From positions 46,252,001 to 46,316,000 of the forward strand of contig OZ296658.1 of NCBI GenBank assembly GCA_965655095.1: 64,000 nt of DNA, given 5' to 3'. The stretch is from Haplodiscus bocki. Taxonomy: Eukaryota. How positions within the stretch are numbered: position 1 is the first letter of the stretch; the number at the start of each line of letters is the position of its first letter. Position numbers and translations under genes: made by a program. Below, piece after piece: positions 1 through 10,409 of the stretch. A model generated the notes under the pieces. It made no database searches. It was not told the DNA's origin and saw only the letters and a list, made by a program, of their open reading frames with translations.

Positions 1-425
1 AAAAACGATGACTATACATGGCACTAACAAAGAGTTTTTAAAGTTTGATAGAGATCTTTTTTTCAAACAAAAGGAAACAATATACAAAAACTGAATGAAG
101 TTTTGGGAAGTTTTACAAGTGACAAGAATGTCTTAAGTAGTGGAAATTACGAAATTCATTGAAAATGTGAATGTTTTGATGGAAACACTGTAAAGAAACA
201 CGAAACTTGTTCTGAATAGACGTATTTTTAATAAATACCCTGGCCAAAAATTAAACAAAAATCCTAGATTTTAATTTCCTAAGAGAACTTGAAAAGAGAA
301 TTTCATAAGTTTGTTTTGAAGGAAAAAAATCTGACAGAGGAAGGTCAGCAAAACAAAGTGTTTTTCACTGAAGAAATTACGACTATTACCGTGTTGCTAA
401 TGGAACTCGAAATACGAAATTACTG
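1..425 (+). pseudogene. Penton/minor capsid-like gene, C-terminal remnant (first, partial copy)
   Basis: Frameshifted translation EFLKFDRDLFF...SDKNV..IH*KCECFDGNTV...NKYPGQKLNKNPR...EEGQQNKVFFTEEITTITVLLMEL resembles the Polinton penton C-terminus pattern (KCDCIxGSxVNG...PGxKIxxEP...LEDDxxxxVDFNxExxxFTxQL) as I recall it. Confidence 0.55.
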
Positions 426-689
426 ATAAGTTTTACCTATACATTATGGATAAACTAATAACCAACCGGAGATTGAAAAACCTTCCCAAAATTTGTAAAA
501 TTACTTCTTGTCATTCTTTGTTAATTTTACAGGAGAAAGATTACACTTCATAGGTTGAAGTAGGAGAAAGAATATTTCGCGTGGCTCTCCGAGCTTTTGT
601 TTGAACTGTTAGCTTGGTTAGTATTCATCCTTTACAAATAAGTGTAACTACTAAATTGATATTTCATACAACAGAAAAAAAACTGAAGA

Positions 690-945
690 CATAATAGTTT
701 TATTTAATTTAATTAAACAGTGGTTTTAAAGTTGAATAGACTGAAATGACACTGCAAGAGACATTACAACCTAAATTAGGGGAACCACGGGAGTTATTTT
801 CATTTGATGTACCTTTAGAGTTATGAGACGATTGTGCTGGTCAAGAAGATGGATATATGTTAGGACTAACTAGCTTAGACGTAAAACTTTCCGTTTCTAA
901 AAAAACTCGAGAAAAAATTTAGAATGAAACGTGTTAACCTGAAAG
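690..945 (+). pseudogene. Penton/minor capsid-like N-terminal remnant (also ~3220-3470, ~5770-6030, ~8310-8545)
   Basis: LQETLQPKLGEPRELFSFDVPLEL*...YMLGLTSLDVKLSV here; the second copy reads SWMLGLTSLDV. Matches the FxxPLxL...WxxGLxSLExYNSxFNI start of single-jelly-roll penton-like proteins of Polinton-like elements. Confidence 0.5.
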
Positions 946-1225
946 TACGCAGCGCAATAGCTAACAAACACGTCAATCATTCAAACCACGAAAAGATTTT
1001 GTTGAAAGATCAGAATAAAAGCTTGCAGAAGATGAAACAACAAGACCGGTTGTTAATTAAAAATTATTGGAACAATTTTCAAAATCCTGGCAGAGCGTAT
1101 GGTTTTTGTGCAAAATTTAATAAATCAGGAGTATCTAAAAGTTGAAGAGTAGCATTATCTACTAACTCTGATGTAATTTTTTGTCATACTGGAAACTACT
1201 AAATCTTGACGACTTTGTACTGATA
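924..1225 (+). pseudogene. Small basic virion core/membrane-active-like protein remnant (also ~3450-3745, ~6010-6310, ~8543-8845)
   Basis: ORF 924..1145 plus read-through: QNPGRAYGFCAK..SGVSKS*RVALSTNSDVIFCHTG. The fourth copy reads KNPGKAFGLCVKAGSVGVSRS*RAALSKTSDVV. Recognised only as a small gene typical of such elements; function inferred. Confidence 0.35.
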
Positions 1226-1226
1226 A

Positions 1227-1720
1227 ATGAGTACTTCTAAGTTATTTCCATCTGCACCACTAGAAACAAAAAACAATGTTGAAGAGAGGTTAGCCTATTG
1301 AAAGAACAAAATAAACCTTTTTCAAGTTTTTTCTGAAATTTTTGAAGATTTGATAACCTACTTGATACATAAAAATCGTGAATCGAAAAAGAATTATTAG
1401 AAATCTTTTCGAAAACTGGTATCGAGGTTTTGAAAATCTAATGAGTCCTATAAAAAAATTTTGCTAAAACATCTATTTGTATTTCTTTAACTGCTTTTGG
1501 ACTTGTTTTCAAAGTAATACCAATATCAATTGCAGTAGCAAGTGGATTAACAATTAGAGAGTAAAAATTGACGCAAAGCACAAAAAATGTGAAATTATAT
1601 TGAGACAAGAGAACAAACTACTATCACTTTTGATAAAGATTATAGAAAATGTTCACATGATAACACAATGGGCAGAATGAGAGCCTTATAGAACTTTTCT
1701 CTCCAAAAAAGTCGAATGTG
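1227..1720 (+). pseudogene. Putative membrane protein with N-terminal PSAP motif (copy 1)
   Basis: ATG at 1227 gives MSTSKLFPSAPLETKNNVEERL, then ITYL.HKN.ESKKNY and a hydrophobic VIPISIAVASGL segment. Multiple stops and frameshifts. Confidence 0.5.
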
Positions 1721-2344
1721 TAAAAAAAATTTCCTCAAAGTGTTTTTTATACAATTGCTTCTTGGTATTGAAGAGAAAAGTAAACCACGCAGAGGGCAAA
1801 ACTGCTTTTTGAGCCTCGATGAGAAATTTCGTACAGCTAATGCTCGAAGTGATGGCTACACTTTACCCAGAGAACAAATTAGTTTGAAAAAATATTTTCG
1901 CAGGGACTGAAAGAAAATCTTCAGATGTAAAGAGAACCTTTATTGAATAATGAAAGGATGAAAAATGGATGCCGACTCATAACAAAAAAGAACACAGAAA
2001 CTGCAGTTCGATCGATTGTGAGCTTTTTTGTGTACTTTTTGTTATTGAAAGCAGAAAGTTCTTCACGCGAACATTGTAAATCTTTTTTTTGTAGGAGTTT
2101 GATTTCAAGGCGGAGCATATTTGAAAATGAAAATTTTGAAAGTTGTTTCTCGTGGGGATGCCAACAAACTTGGCCCTTCTGCAAGTTGGGACATGGACAT
2201 ATTTGTTATTTCCATATCTTCTCAGCAGTTTGAAAGTCCTAAGAAAGTTTAAACAAAAGCGACGTGGCCCAAACAATCACTAAAAATTCGCTACCTGAAC
2301 GTTTTGCTGTATAATGTTTAGTGTAGTGATATGAAAGACATGCT

Positions 2345-4905
2345 GTAAGGATTGAAAAACAAATATATTGAATCAAAGTGTAAATTACACAAGAAGTACA
2401 TTGATACTGAAGATAAATCGTTAGGTTTCCAACTTGTAACGTATGAAGTGAGAGAAATTGGTAACACATTAAAAACAGTTTCACTTGAAAATTCTAGCGG
2501 AAGCGATGCAGGAACTGGTATAATAGCAGTTGGTTTTAAAATAAAAAAGTTATGATTACACATTGCACTCGCAAGGAGTTTCTGAAATTTGATAAAAAAC
2601 AATTTTGTATAAAAAAAACTATTTACAGAAACTGAATGAGCTTTGGGAAGTTTGACAAGTGGCAAGAACGTTATAAGGAGCAGAAAATTTAAAGTTGGTT
2701 TGAAATGTGAATGGTTTGATTGAAGCAAAGTAAAAGAAACACAAAACTTGTTTTAAAAAGACAAACTTTCCAAAAACACCCTGGCCGAAAACTAAACAGA
2801 AAAGCTAGAATTGAGGATCATAAGAGAGCATTTGTTTCTGTTTTGAAGGAAAAAAATCATTAGATGAAGAGGAGCAAAACAAACTACATTCTTTTGATGA
2901 AAATACTACCGTTACCAACTTGCTAACGAAACGCCAACTATAAAGCTATTGATAAGTATACACTTTACAGTACGTATAAACTAATATACAATCTGAGGTT
3001 GAAAGGCCTTCCCAAAATCTGTAAAAGTACTTCTTAACATGCTTTGTTGATTTTATAGGCAAATGAATAACCTTCACAGGTTGGAGAAGGTGGAAAAACC
3101 TCTTCGCGTGGCTCTCCGAGCCCGGGAACTGTTGAACTGCTAGGTTGTATAGCATTCCCTTTTTACAGTTTTGTTAAATTACTAATTTGATTTTTTCTAA
3201 AACAGAAATTGAAACTGAATAAATGATAATTTTCATTGCAATAAGCAGTGGTAATTTACATGAATAGGCTAAAACAAAACCGCAAGAGATATTAAGACCT
3301 AAAAAAGCAAGACCAAAGTATTAAATTTCTTTTGATATATCTTTAGAAACAGGAGATGATTGTGCTAGTCAAGAAGACAGTTGGATGTTAGGGCTAACTA
3401 GCTTAGATGTATAGCTAACTGTTTTTAGAAAAAAAAGAAAAAGAAAACGAAAAGTGGTAAATTAAAGGGACGAAACATTTTAGCAAACAAACCTCTCAAC
3501 CCTTCATATAACAAAAAAATGGTGATGAATAGTTAGAATAGGAAGATCTCGAAGATGAAGCAAAGTCCGGTTGTTAAGGATAAATTATTGACACAAAAGT
3601 TAAAATTATGGAAAATTGTTTGATTTGTGTGCGGAACTAGATAAAGCAGGGGTTTTAGAACTTGAAGGTTGCTTCATCTACTAGCTCTGACATAGTAACA
3701 CTCTGTCGAACTAGATTGACTTGTTTCTTGAGAACTTTGTAAAATTATACGAGTACATCTAAAATAAATCCATCTGCACGACTAGAAACAAATAGCATTG
3801 TTCACAAGAGATTAACCAGGAAAAAAACCAAACCAAAAATTTATCAAAATTCTTGAAAACTGTTAAAGAATTGATAAATTACCTGAGATATGAAAATTGT
3901 GAATCAAAAAAATTATAGGTGTAAAATTATTATAGAGTTTTCAAAAATATAATGATACTTACATAGATTTTGCTACAACACCTATCGCTTTTACACTGTC
4001 TGATATAGGAACTAGTTTCATAGTAATACCAATATCAATTGGACCAGCGCGTGGAGTTACAATTAGAAAGTTAGTAAAAACTGAACTATTTATGGAAAAA
4101 CACTATAAATGTGAAAGTATAATGAGAGATGAGAACAGACTTTTAGCTCTTCTGATAAAAGATATAGAAAATGACCACAAGATAGCACGATTGTGAGCAA
4201 AAGAACCTTAAAGATATTTTAAATATAAAATGTTGAAATGTTTAAATTAGTAATGCAATGATTTTTTGTCAAAAAACTTTTTTACAACTGCTTTTTATTT
4301 TTTAAGAAAAAATTAAACCAGGCAGGAGTCAAAATTGCTCTTTGAGCCACAATCAGAAATTTCATAGAGCTACAGCTCAAAGTGATCGCTACACTTTATC
4401 TTGAAAAAAATAGGTTTGAATATATGTTTTTGCAAGCACTGAAAGAAAAACTGAGAAGAAAAGAATTTCTATAGAAAAGACAAAAACAGATGTAAAGAGA
4501 ACCTATATTGAAAATTGAAAGGATGAAAAATGGATGCCGACTCATAACAAAGAAGAACACAGAAACGGCAATTCGATCGATTGTGAGCATTTGTGTGTGT
4601 TTTTTCCATTGAAGGCAAAAAGTTGACTACGCGACAATGTAAAACTTTTTTGTAGGACTTTTTTTTCCAGGCAAAACATATCTCAAAACAAAAATTTTGA
4701 AGATTGTTTTTGGTAGGGAGGCCAACAAACTGGGCCCTCCTGGAAGTATGGACATGGACAACTTTGTTATCGCCAGATCTTCTCAGCAATTTGAAAGTCC
4801 TAAGGAAGTTTAAACAAGGGCGAGGTGGCCCAAACAGTCACTAAATGTTCGCTACCTGAACGGTATGCTCTATTATGTAAACTGTGACGATCTGAAAGAC
4901 AAGTT
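2345..4905 (+). repeat. 2.55-kb unit, copy 2 (penton C-term, penton N-term, core-like, PSAP membrane protein, protease, ATPase N-half remnants)
   Basis: Colinear with the other copies; contains the best-preserved Walker A (VGLFFPGKTYL, 4652-4684). Confidence 0.85.
4625..4905 (+). pseudogene. N-terminal fragment of A32/FtsK-like packaging ATPase (Walker A only; also ~2065-2345, ~7165-7435)
   Basis: gga ctt ttt ttt cca ggc aaa aca (4655-4678) = GLFFPGKT, followed by YLKTKILK...FVIARSSQQF. Copy 3 reads VEFSFPGKTYL and copy 1 reads VGV*FQGGAYL. Confidence 0.7.
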
Positions 4906-7435
4906 GTAAAGAATGAAAAACAAATATGTTTAATCAAAGTGTAAAATACACAAAAAGTACAATGATACTGAACATAAATCGTTGGGTTTTCAACTTGTAA
5001 CATATGAAGTGAGGGAAGGTGGTGACACATTAGAAACAGTTCTACTGGAATTATCTAGCGTAAACGATACAAGAACTGATTTAAAAGCAATTGGTCTGAC
5101 CATAAAAAAAGTAAGGAATATACTTGGCACTAACAAAGAGTTTTTAAAGTTCGATAAAATTTTTTTTTTGTACAAAAAACGATTAGCAAAAACTGAATTA
5201 GCTTCAGGAAATTTTACAGGTGACACGAATGTTACAAGTAGTGGAAAATATAATTTTCTATTAGAATATGCATGTTTTGAGAGAAGCATAGTAAAAAACG
5301 ATAAAAACGGCTTTAGAGGGGCATATTTTCAACAAACAGCCTGGCTAAAAATTAAACAGAAAACCTAAGAATAAAATTCGCCAGAGAGCATTTAATTCTG
5401 TATTGAAAGGAAAAAAAATATTTAGGTGAAGGTGAGCAAAACAAAGTATGTTTCTTTGATGAAAATACGATCATTACCCTATTGCTAACCAACCCCGAAG
5501 TACAAAGCTACTGATAAGTATATACTTCACAATATGCATAAACTGATATACAATCTGAGATTGAAAGACCTTCCCAAATTTTGTAAAATTACTTGTTACC
5601 ATGCTTTGTTGACTTTATAGGCAGGAGAACGACCTTCACAGATTACAGATCGTGGAAAATACTTCTTGCCGTGGCTCCCCGAGCCCCTGAAGTGTTACGT
5701 TGTATAACATTCCCCCTGTACAAAAAATTTTATTCACCAATTTGAAAATTTCTACACCAAAAATTAAAACTGAAGATTTATTAGTTTTAATTGCAATGAA
5801 CAGTGGTTATTTACTTGGAAAGACTGAAACAAAACCGCAATAGACATTCAAAACCTAAATTAGCAAAACCACAGGAGCGATATTGATTTGATGGACCTTC
5901 AGAATTAAGAGACGAGTAATCTAGTCAAAAAAACAGTTGGATGATAGGACTAACTAGATTAGATAAAAAACCTTCTGGTTTCAAAAAAAAACTAAAACAA
6001 GAAATACAAAACTGAAATGTGTTAAATTAAACGGACAAAACACCTAGCAAACAGACACGTTAATATTTCATAAAACAAAAAATTGGTAATGAATAGTTAC
6101 AATACGAAGATCTAGAAGATGAAACAAAGGCCGGTTGTTAAGGATAATTTACTGGAACAAAAATAGAAATATGGAAGAGCGCTCGATTCATCTGCAAAAC
6201 TTGATAAAGCAGGGGTTTCTAGAAGTTGAAGGCCAGCTATATCTACTAGCTCTGACATAGTAACAGTTTGTCATACTAGGTTGATTTGAATCTTTTCAAC
6301 TTTTTAAAATGAAACCGAGTACTTCTATGTTATATCTATCTGGAAAATTGAACACAAATATCCTTGTTCAAGAGAGATTAGCCAGGAAAAAAACAAGAAA
6401 CGCTTTTTTCAAAATTCTTCAAAACTATCAAAGAATTGATAACTTACCTGAGATATGACAATTGTGAATCAAAAAATATTAGGAGTAAAAATATTCTTGA
6501 GCTTTTAAAAATATACTGTTACTTGCATAGTTTTTGCAACAACATCTATCTCTATTACAATGTCTGATGTAGGAACTAGTTTCACAGTAATACCAATATC
6601 AATTGGACCAGCGCGTGGAGTTACAATTAGACAGTTAGTAAAAACTGAACTATTTATGGAAAAACACTATAATTGTGAAAGTATAATGGGAGATGAGAAC
6701 AGACTTTTAGCACTTCTGATAAAAGATATAGAAAATGACCACAAGATAGCACGATTGTGAGCAAAAGAGCCTCAAAAGGATATTTATTTCAAAAAATTCA
6801 AATGAGTAATGAACTGATTTTTTGTCAAAAAACTTTTTTTACAACTGCTTTTTATTTTTTAAGAAAAATGTAAACCACGCAGGAGTCAAAATTGCTCTTT
6901 GAGCCACAATGAGAACTTTCATACAGCTACACTTTATCCTGAAAAAAATAGGTTTGAATATATGTTTTTGCAAGTACTGAAAGAAGAACTTACAAGAAAA
7001 GAATTTTTATAGAAAAGACAAAATCAGATGCAACAAGAACCTATATTCAAAATTGAATGGATGAAAATTGGATACCTACTCATGTCAAAAAAGAACACAG
7101 AAACGACATTTCGATCGATTGTGAGCATTTGCGTGTAATTTTTGCTTGTGAACTCAAAAAGTTCTCTACGCGACAACGTAAAACTTTTTTGTAGAATTTT
7201 CTTTTCCAGGCAAAACATATCTCAAAGCGAAAATTTTGAATTTTTTTGGAAGGGTTGCCAACAAATTGGGCCGTCCTCGAAGTAAGCACATGGACAAAAT
7301 TGTTATTTCCAGAACCCTGTAGCAGTTTGAAAGTCTTAGCGAAGTTTAAACCGTGGCTCAAAGGGTCAGTCAAAAGTTGGCTACACGAACGGTTTGCTGT
7401 ATCATGTATTTTGTAGCGATTGGAAAGACATGATG
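4905..7435 (+). repeat. 2.55-kb unit, copy 3
   Basis: Colinear with the other copies; ORF 6560..6760 (TSFTVIPISIGPARGVTI) is the hydrophobic part of the PSAP-type membrane gene. Confidence 0.85.
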
Positions 7436-8053
7436 TATGGATTGAAGAACAAATATATGGAATCAACATATAAAAGACACAAAAAAACATCGATACTGAA
7501 CATAACTCGTTAGGTTTCGTAATTGTAACACACGAAGAGAGAAAAGGAGAGAAACTGATAACACAATTAAAACAGTTTTACTTGGAAAAACTTCCGGAAC
7601 TGATACAAGAACTAATATAATAGCAATTGATTTTACAATGAAAGTGCTATGGTTGTACATGGCACCCACGAAGACTTTTTAAAATTTTTAAAAAAGCAGT
7701 TTCCACACAAAAATACGATTTATAGAAACTGAATGAACTTTGAGATGCTTTACAGGTGACAAGATTCTCATAGTTGTTGGAAAGTAAGAAAGTCGCTCGA
7801 AATGTGATTTCATTAGTGGAAACTTTGTAAGACAAAGACGAACACTTGTTTTGAATAGAGATACTCTTAAAAATTACCCTGGCCAAAAACTAAACAGAAA
7901 ACCTAGAATTAATAATGATTTGTTTGAAAGCATTTGCTTCTGTTTGAAGAAGAAAAAGGATTAGATGAAGATGAGCGAAACAAAGTACAATACTTTGATG
8001 AAATTACGACCGTTAGCAACTTGCTTACGAAATTCGAACTACAAAGCTACTGA
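7435..8053 (+). pseudogene. Penton/minor capsid-like gene, C-terminal remnant (copy 4)
   Basis: SKCDFISGNFVR...NYPGQKLNRKPRI...LDEDERNKVQYFDEITTVSNLLTKF across frameshifts. Confidence 0.55.
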
Positions 8054-8849
8054 TATGTATACACTTTACAATACGGACAAACTAAAATACAACCTGTGAG
8101 TTAAGGACTTTTCCAAAATTTGTAAAAGTACTTGTTACCACGCTTTGCTGATTTTATAGAAGGAAGAATTACCTTCACAGGTTGGACAAGGAGAAAATTA
8201 ATACTTCATGTGGTTATCCGAGCCCCTGAGTTGTTACGTTGTATAACCTTTATCTTGTTCAAATATTTTTAATTACTACTTTGAGTTTTTGTATACCAAA
8301 AATTAGAACTGAAGAATTAATAATTTTAATTGCAATAAACAATTGTTTTTTACTTGAATTGACTAAAACAGAACAACAAGAGACATTAAAAGCTAAATTA
8401 GCAAAAGCACGGGACTGATATTAATTTTATGTTGCTTTAGAATTAGGAGACCATTGTGCTAGTCAACAAGACGGTTGGATAATAGGATTAAACAGCTTAG
8501 ATAAAAAACTTTCTGTCTTTAAAGGAATTTAAAAAACTGCGAATGAAAAGTGTTAATATAAAGGGACGAAAGATTTTAGCGAACAAACAGGTCAATCATT
8601 CAAACAACGAACAGTTAGTTATGAATATCTAGAAGATGAAGATCTAGAAGATGAAACAATAAAACCGCTTGTTAAGGATAATTTGTTGGAAAAAAATTAA
8701 AAATCCTGGAAAAGCGTTTGGTTTGTGTGTAAAAGCTGGAAGCGTAGGGGTATCTAGAAGTTGAAGAGCAGCTTTATCTAAAACCTCTGATGTAGTCACT
8801 TTTTTGTCATACTGGAGAGGTTTTCACTTTGACAACTTTGGATAGATAA

Positions 8850-9370
8850 ACGAGTACTTCTAAGTTATATCCATCTGCTCCACTAGAAACAAATAGCTTT
8901 GTTCCCGGAACATTGGCCGGAAAAACAAACAGAATAATTTTTTTTCAATCCTCTTGAAACAAAATTAAGGAATTGACAACCTACTTGAGATATGAAAATC
9001 GTGAACCATAAAAGAAAAATTAAAAAAAGAAGCTAGTATCGAGCTTTTGAAAAACTAATGAGAAATATATAACTGTTGCTACAATATCTATCTCTATTAC
9101 ATTATCTGCTAAGGCAAATGGTTTGATGGTAATAGCTGTATCAACTGGTGCAGCAAGTGGATTGATAAATAGAAAGTTAAAAAGAGAAGAATTAGTTATG
9201 CAAAAGCTCATAAGTTGTGAAAAAAAATTGAGAGGGTACAACACACAACTCTTTCTTTTGATTAAAGATATAGAAGTGAACACAAAACAAACGATAATAC
9301 GATTGCGAGAAGACGAGCAAAAAAAGTTTGTTTTCACTTTTTTTACAAAATAGTCAAATCAGTTTAAAAT
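8850..9370 (+). pseudogene. Putative membrane protein with YPSAP motif (copy 4)
   Basis: (ACG)STSKLYPSAPLET at 8850-8891, then TTYLRYEN, then ATISISITLSAKANGLMVIAVSTGAASGLIN (overlaps ORF 9123..9353). Confidence 0.55.
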
Positions 9371-9725
9371 TAAATTTTTGTCAAGTTTTTTTTACAACTG
9401 TTTCCTATTATTTAAAAAAAGTAAACCACGCAGGGGGCAAAAGTGCTCCTTGAGCTACAATCAAAAATTTCTTACAACTAAAGCTCAAAGTGATCTCTAT
9501 AAATTACCAGAAGACAAATAGTTTTAACATAACATTTTTGCAAAGGTTGAAAATGAGCATAGAAGAAAACGACTTTTTGAGAAAAGACAAACAATTTGTA
9601 CAGGGTGCCTTTAAAGAAAACCTAAATGGATGGGAAATGGATGCCTACTCATTTTTAAAAACAACCCAAAAACAGAAATTCGATCAATTGTGGACATTTG
9701 TGTGTACTTTTTGCTACCTATGGCA
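9370..9725 (+). pseudogene. Adenain-like (clan CE) cysteine protease remnant (also ~1720-2050, ~4255-4612, ~6810-7150)
   Basis: PTHF*KQPKNRNSINCGHLCVLF at 9644-9712; copy 2 reads PTHNKEEHRNGNSIDCEHLCVFF. This fits the Q-x-x-x-x-S-x-x-CG-x-x-C catalytic-Cys motif. Upstream GQNC..ARSDGY may be decayed GxHW..FDSYG (weak). Confidence 0.55.
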
Positions 9726-9729
9726 ACAG

Positions 9730-10390
9730 TTTTCCACTTGAACGATGTAAAACTTCCTTTGTAGGAACATCTATTCCAGTTAAATTTTATCTAGAACTGA
9801 AATTTTTGAAATTTGTTTTCGGTAAGGATGCCAACAAAGTCAACCTTCCTCAAAGTAGGGACATTTTTGTTTCAGCCAGATCCCCGCAGCAGTTTGAAAG
9901 TCTTAGCGGAGTTTAATTGAAGGCAACGTGGCTGAGAGAGTCCCTAAAGTTTCTCTACCTAAACGTTTCGTTTTTAAATCTAATGTTTTACTTTTTGATG
10001 AAAAATGCTGGTATTATTGTTTTCGATGATTAGTTAGATCCTAAACAGAAGGCAAATATTCCACTTTTTAAAAAAGGAGGTCGGGAAGATTTAGATGTTT
10101 AATGTTCATCTCACGCTTATTTTGATTTTCGAGGAAAAACTGTTTTGGAAAACTTGCTGCAATTTTTTTTGAACATTTTTTAAATGACGTGGAAAACGTT
10201 TACAGAGATAATGCTGGGTTTGATATTGATTAAATTGAATTTGAGGATCTTTGTAGAGAAATAAGGAGAGGTGAAGATTATGATTACTTGGTTCTTGATC
10301 GATCTAAAAACGAAGTGATGGTAAAGAATATTTTTGTAACGAAAGCGAAGAAACATATATAGGATGTAAACCAGAAACAAATTCATTTTG
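9730..10390 (+). pseudogene. A32/FtsK-family DNA-packaging ATPase, near full-length pseudogene
   Basis: RCKTSFVGTSIPVKFYL (decayed Walker A)...RDIFVSARSPQQF...NAGIIVFDD*L (Walker B)...LFKKGGREDLDV*CSSHAYFDF (decayed RGRH / SQSYF)...LNDVENVYRDNAGFD...EFEDLCRE...YDYLVLDR...YIGCKPETNSF. Confidence 0.85.
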
Positions 10391-10409
10391 CGTGTACAAT
10401 CAAGAAGCA

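Larger units (their letters stand above)
1..10010 (+). repeat. Tandem array of a ~2.55-kb unit (~3.9 diverged copies; unit junctions near 2345, 4905, 7435, 10010) derived from the Polinton virion-gene module
   Basis: Anchor (c/g)CCTGGC..AAA.TAAACA recurs at 238, 2779, 5339 and 7877 (spacings 2541, 2560, 2538). CTACC/ACGAAC-type anchor recurs at ~2291, 4852, 7381 and 9955. Similarity ends at ~9970-10010. Confidence 0.95.

Noticed and set aside
1921-7886. Minus-strand ORFs in the 2.55-kb units (e.g. 1977..2276, 2318..2728, 4469..4789, 7080..7490) as real genes
   Set aside because: They are antisense shadows of the decayed + strand viral genes; their lengths and frames are not conserved among copies.
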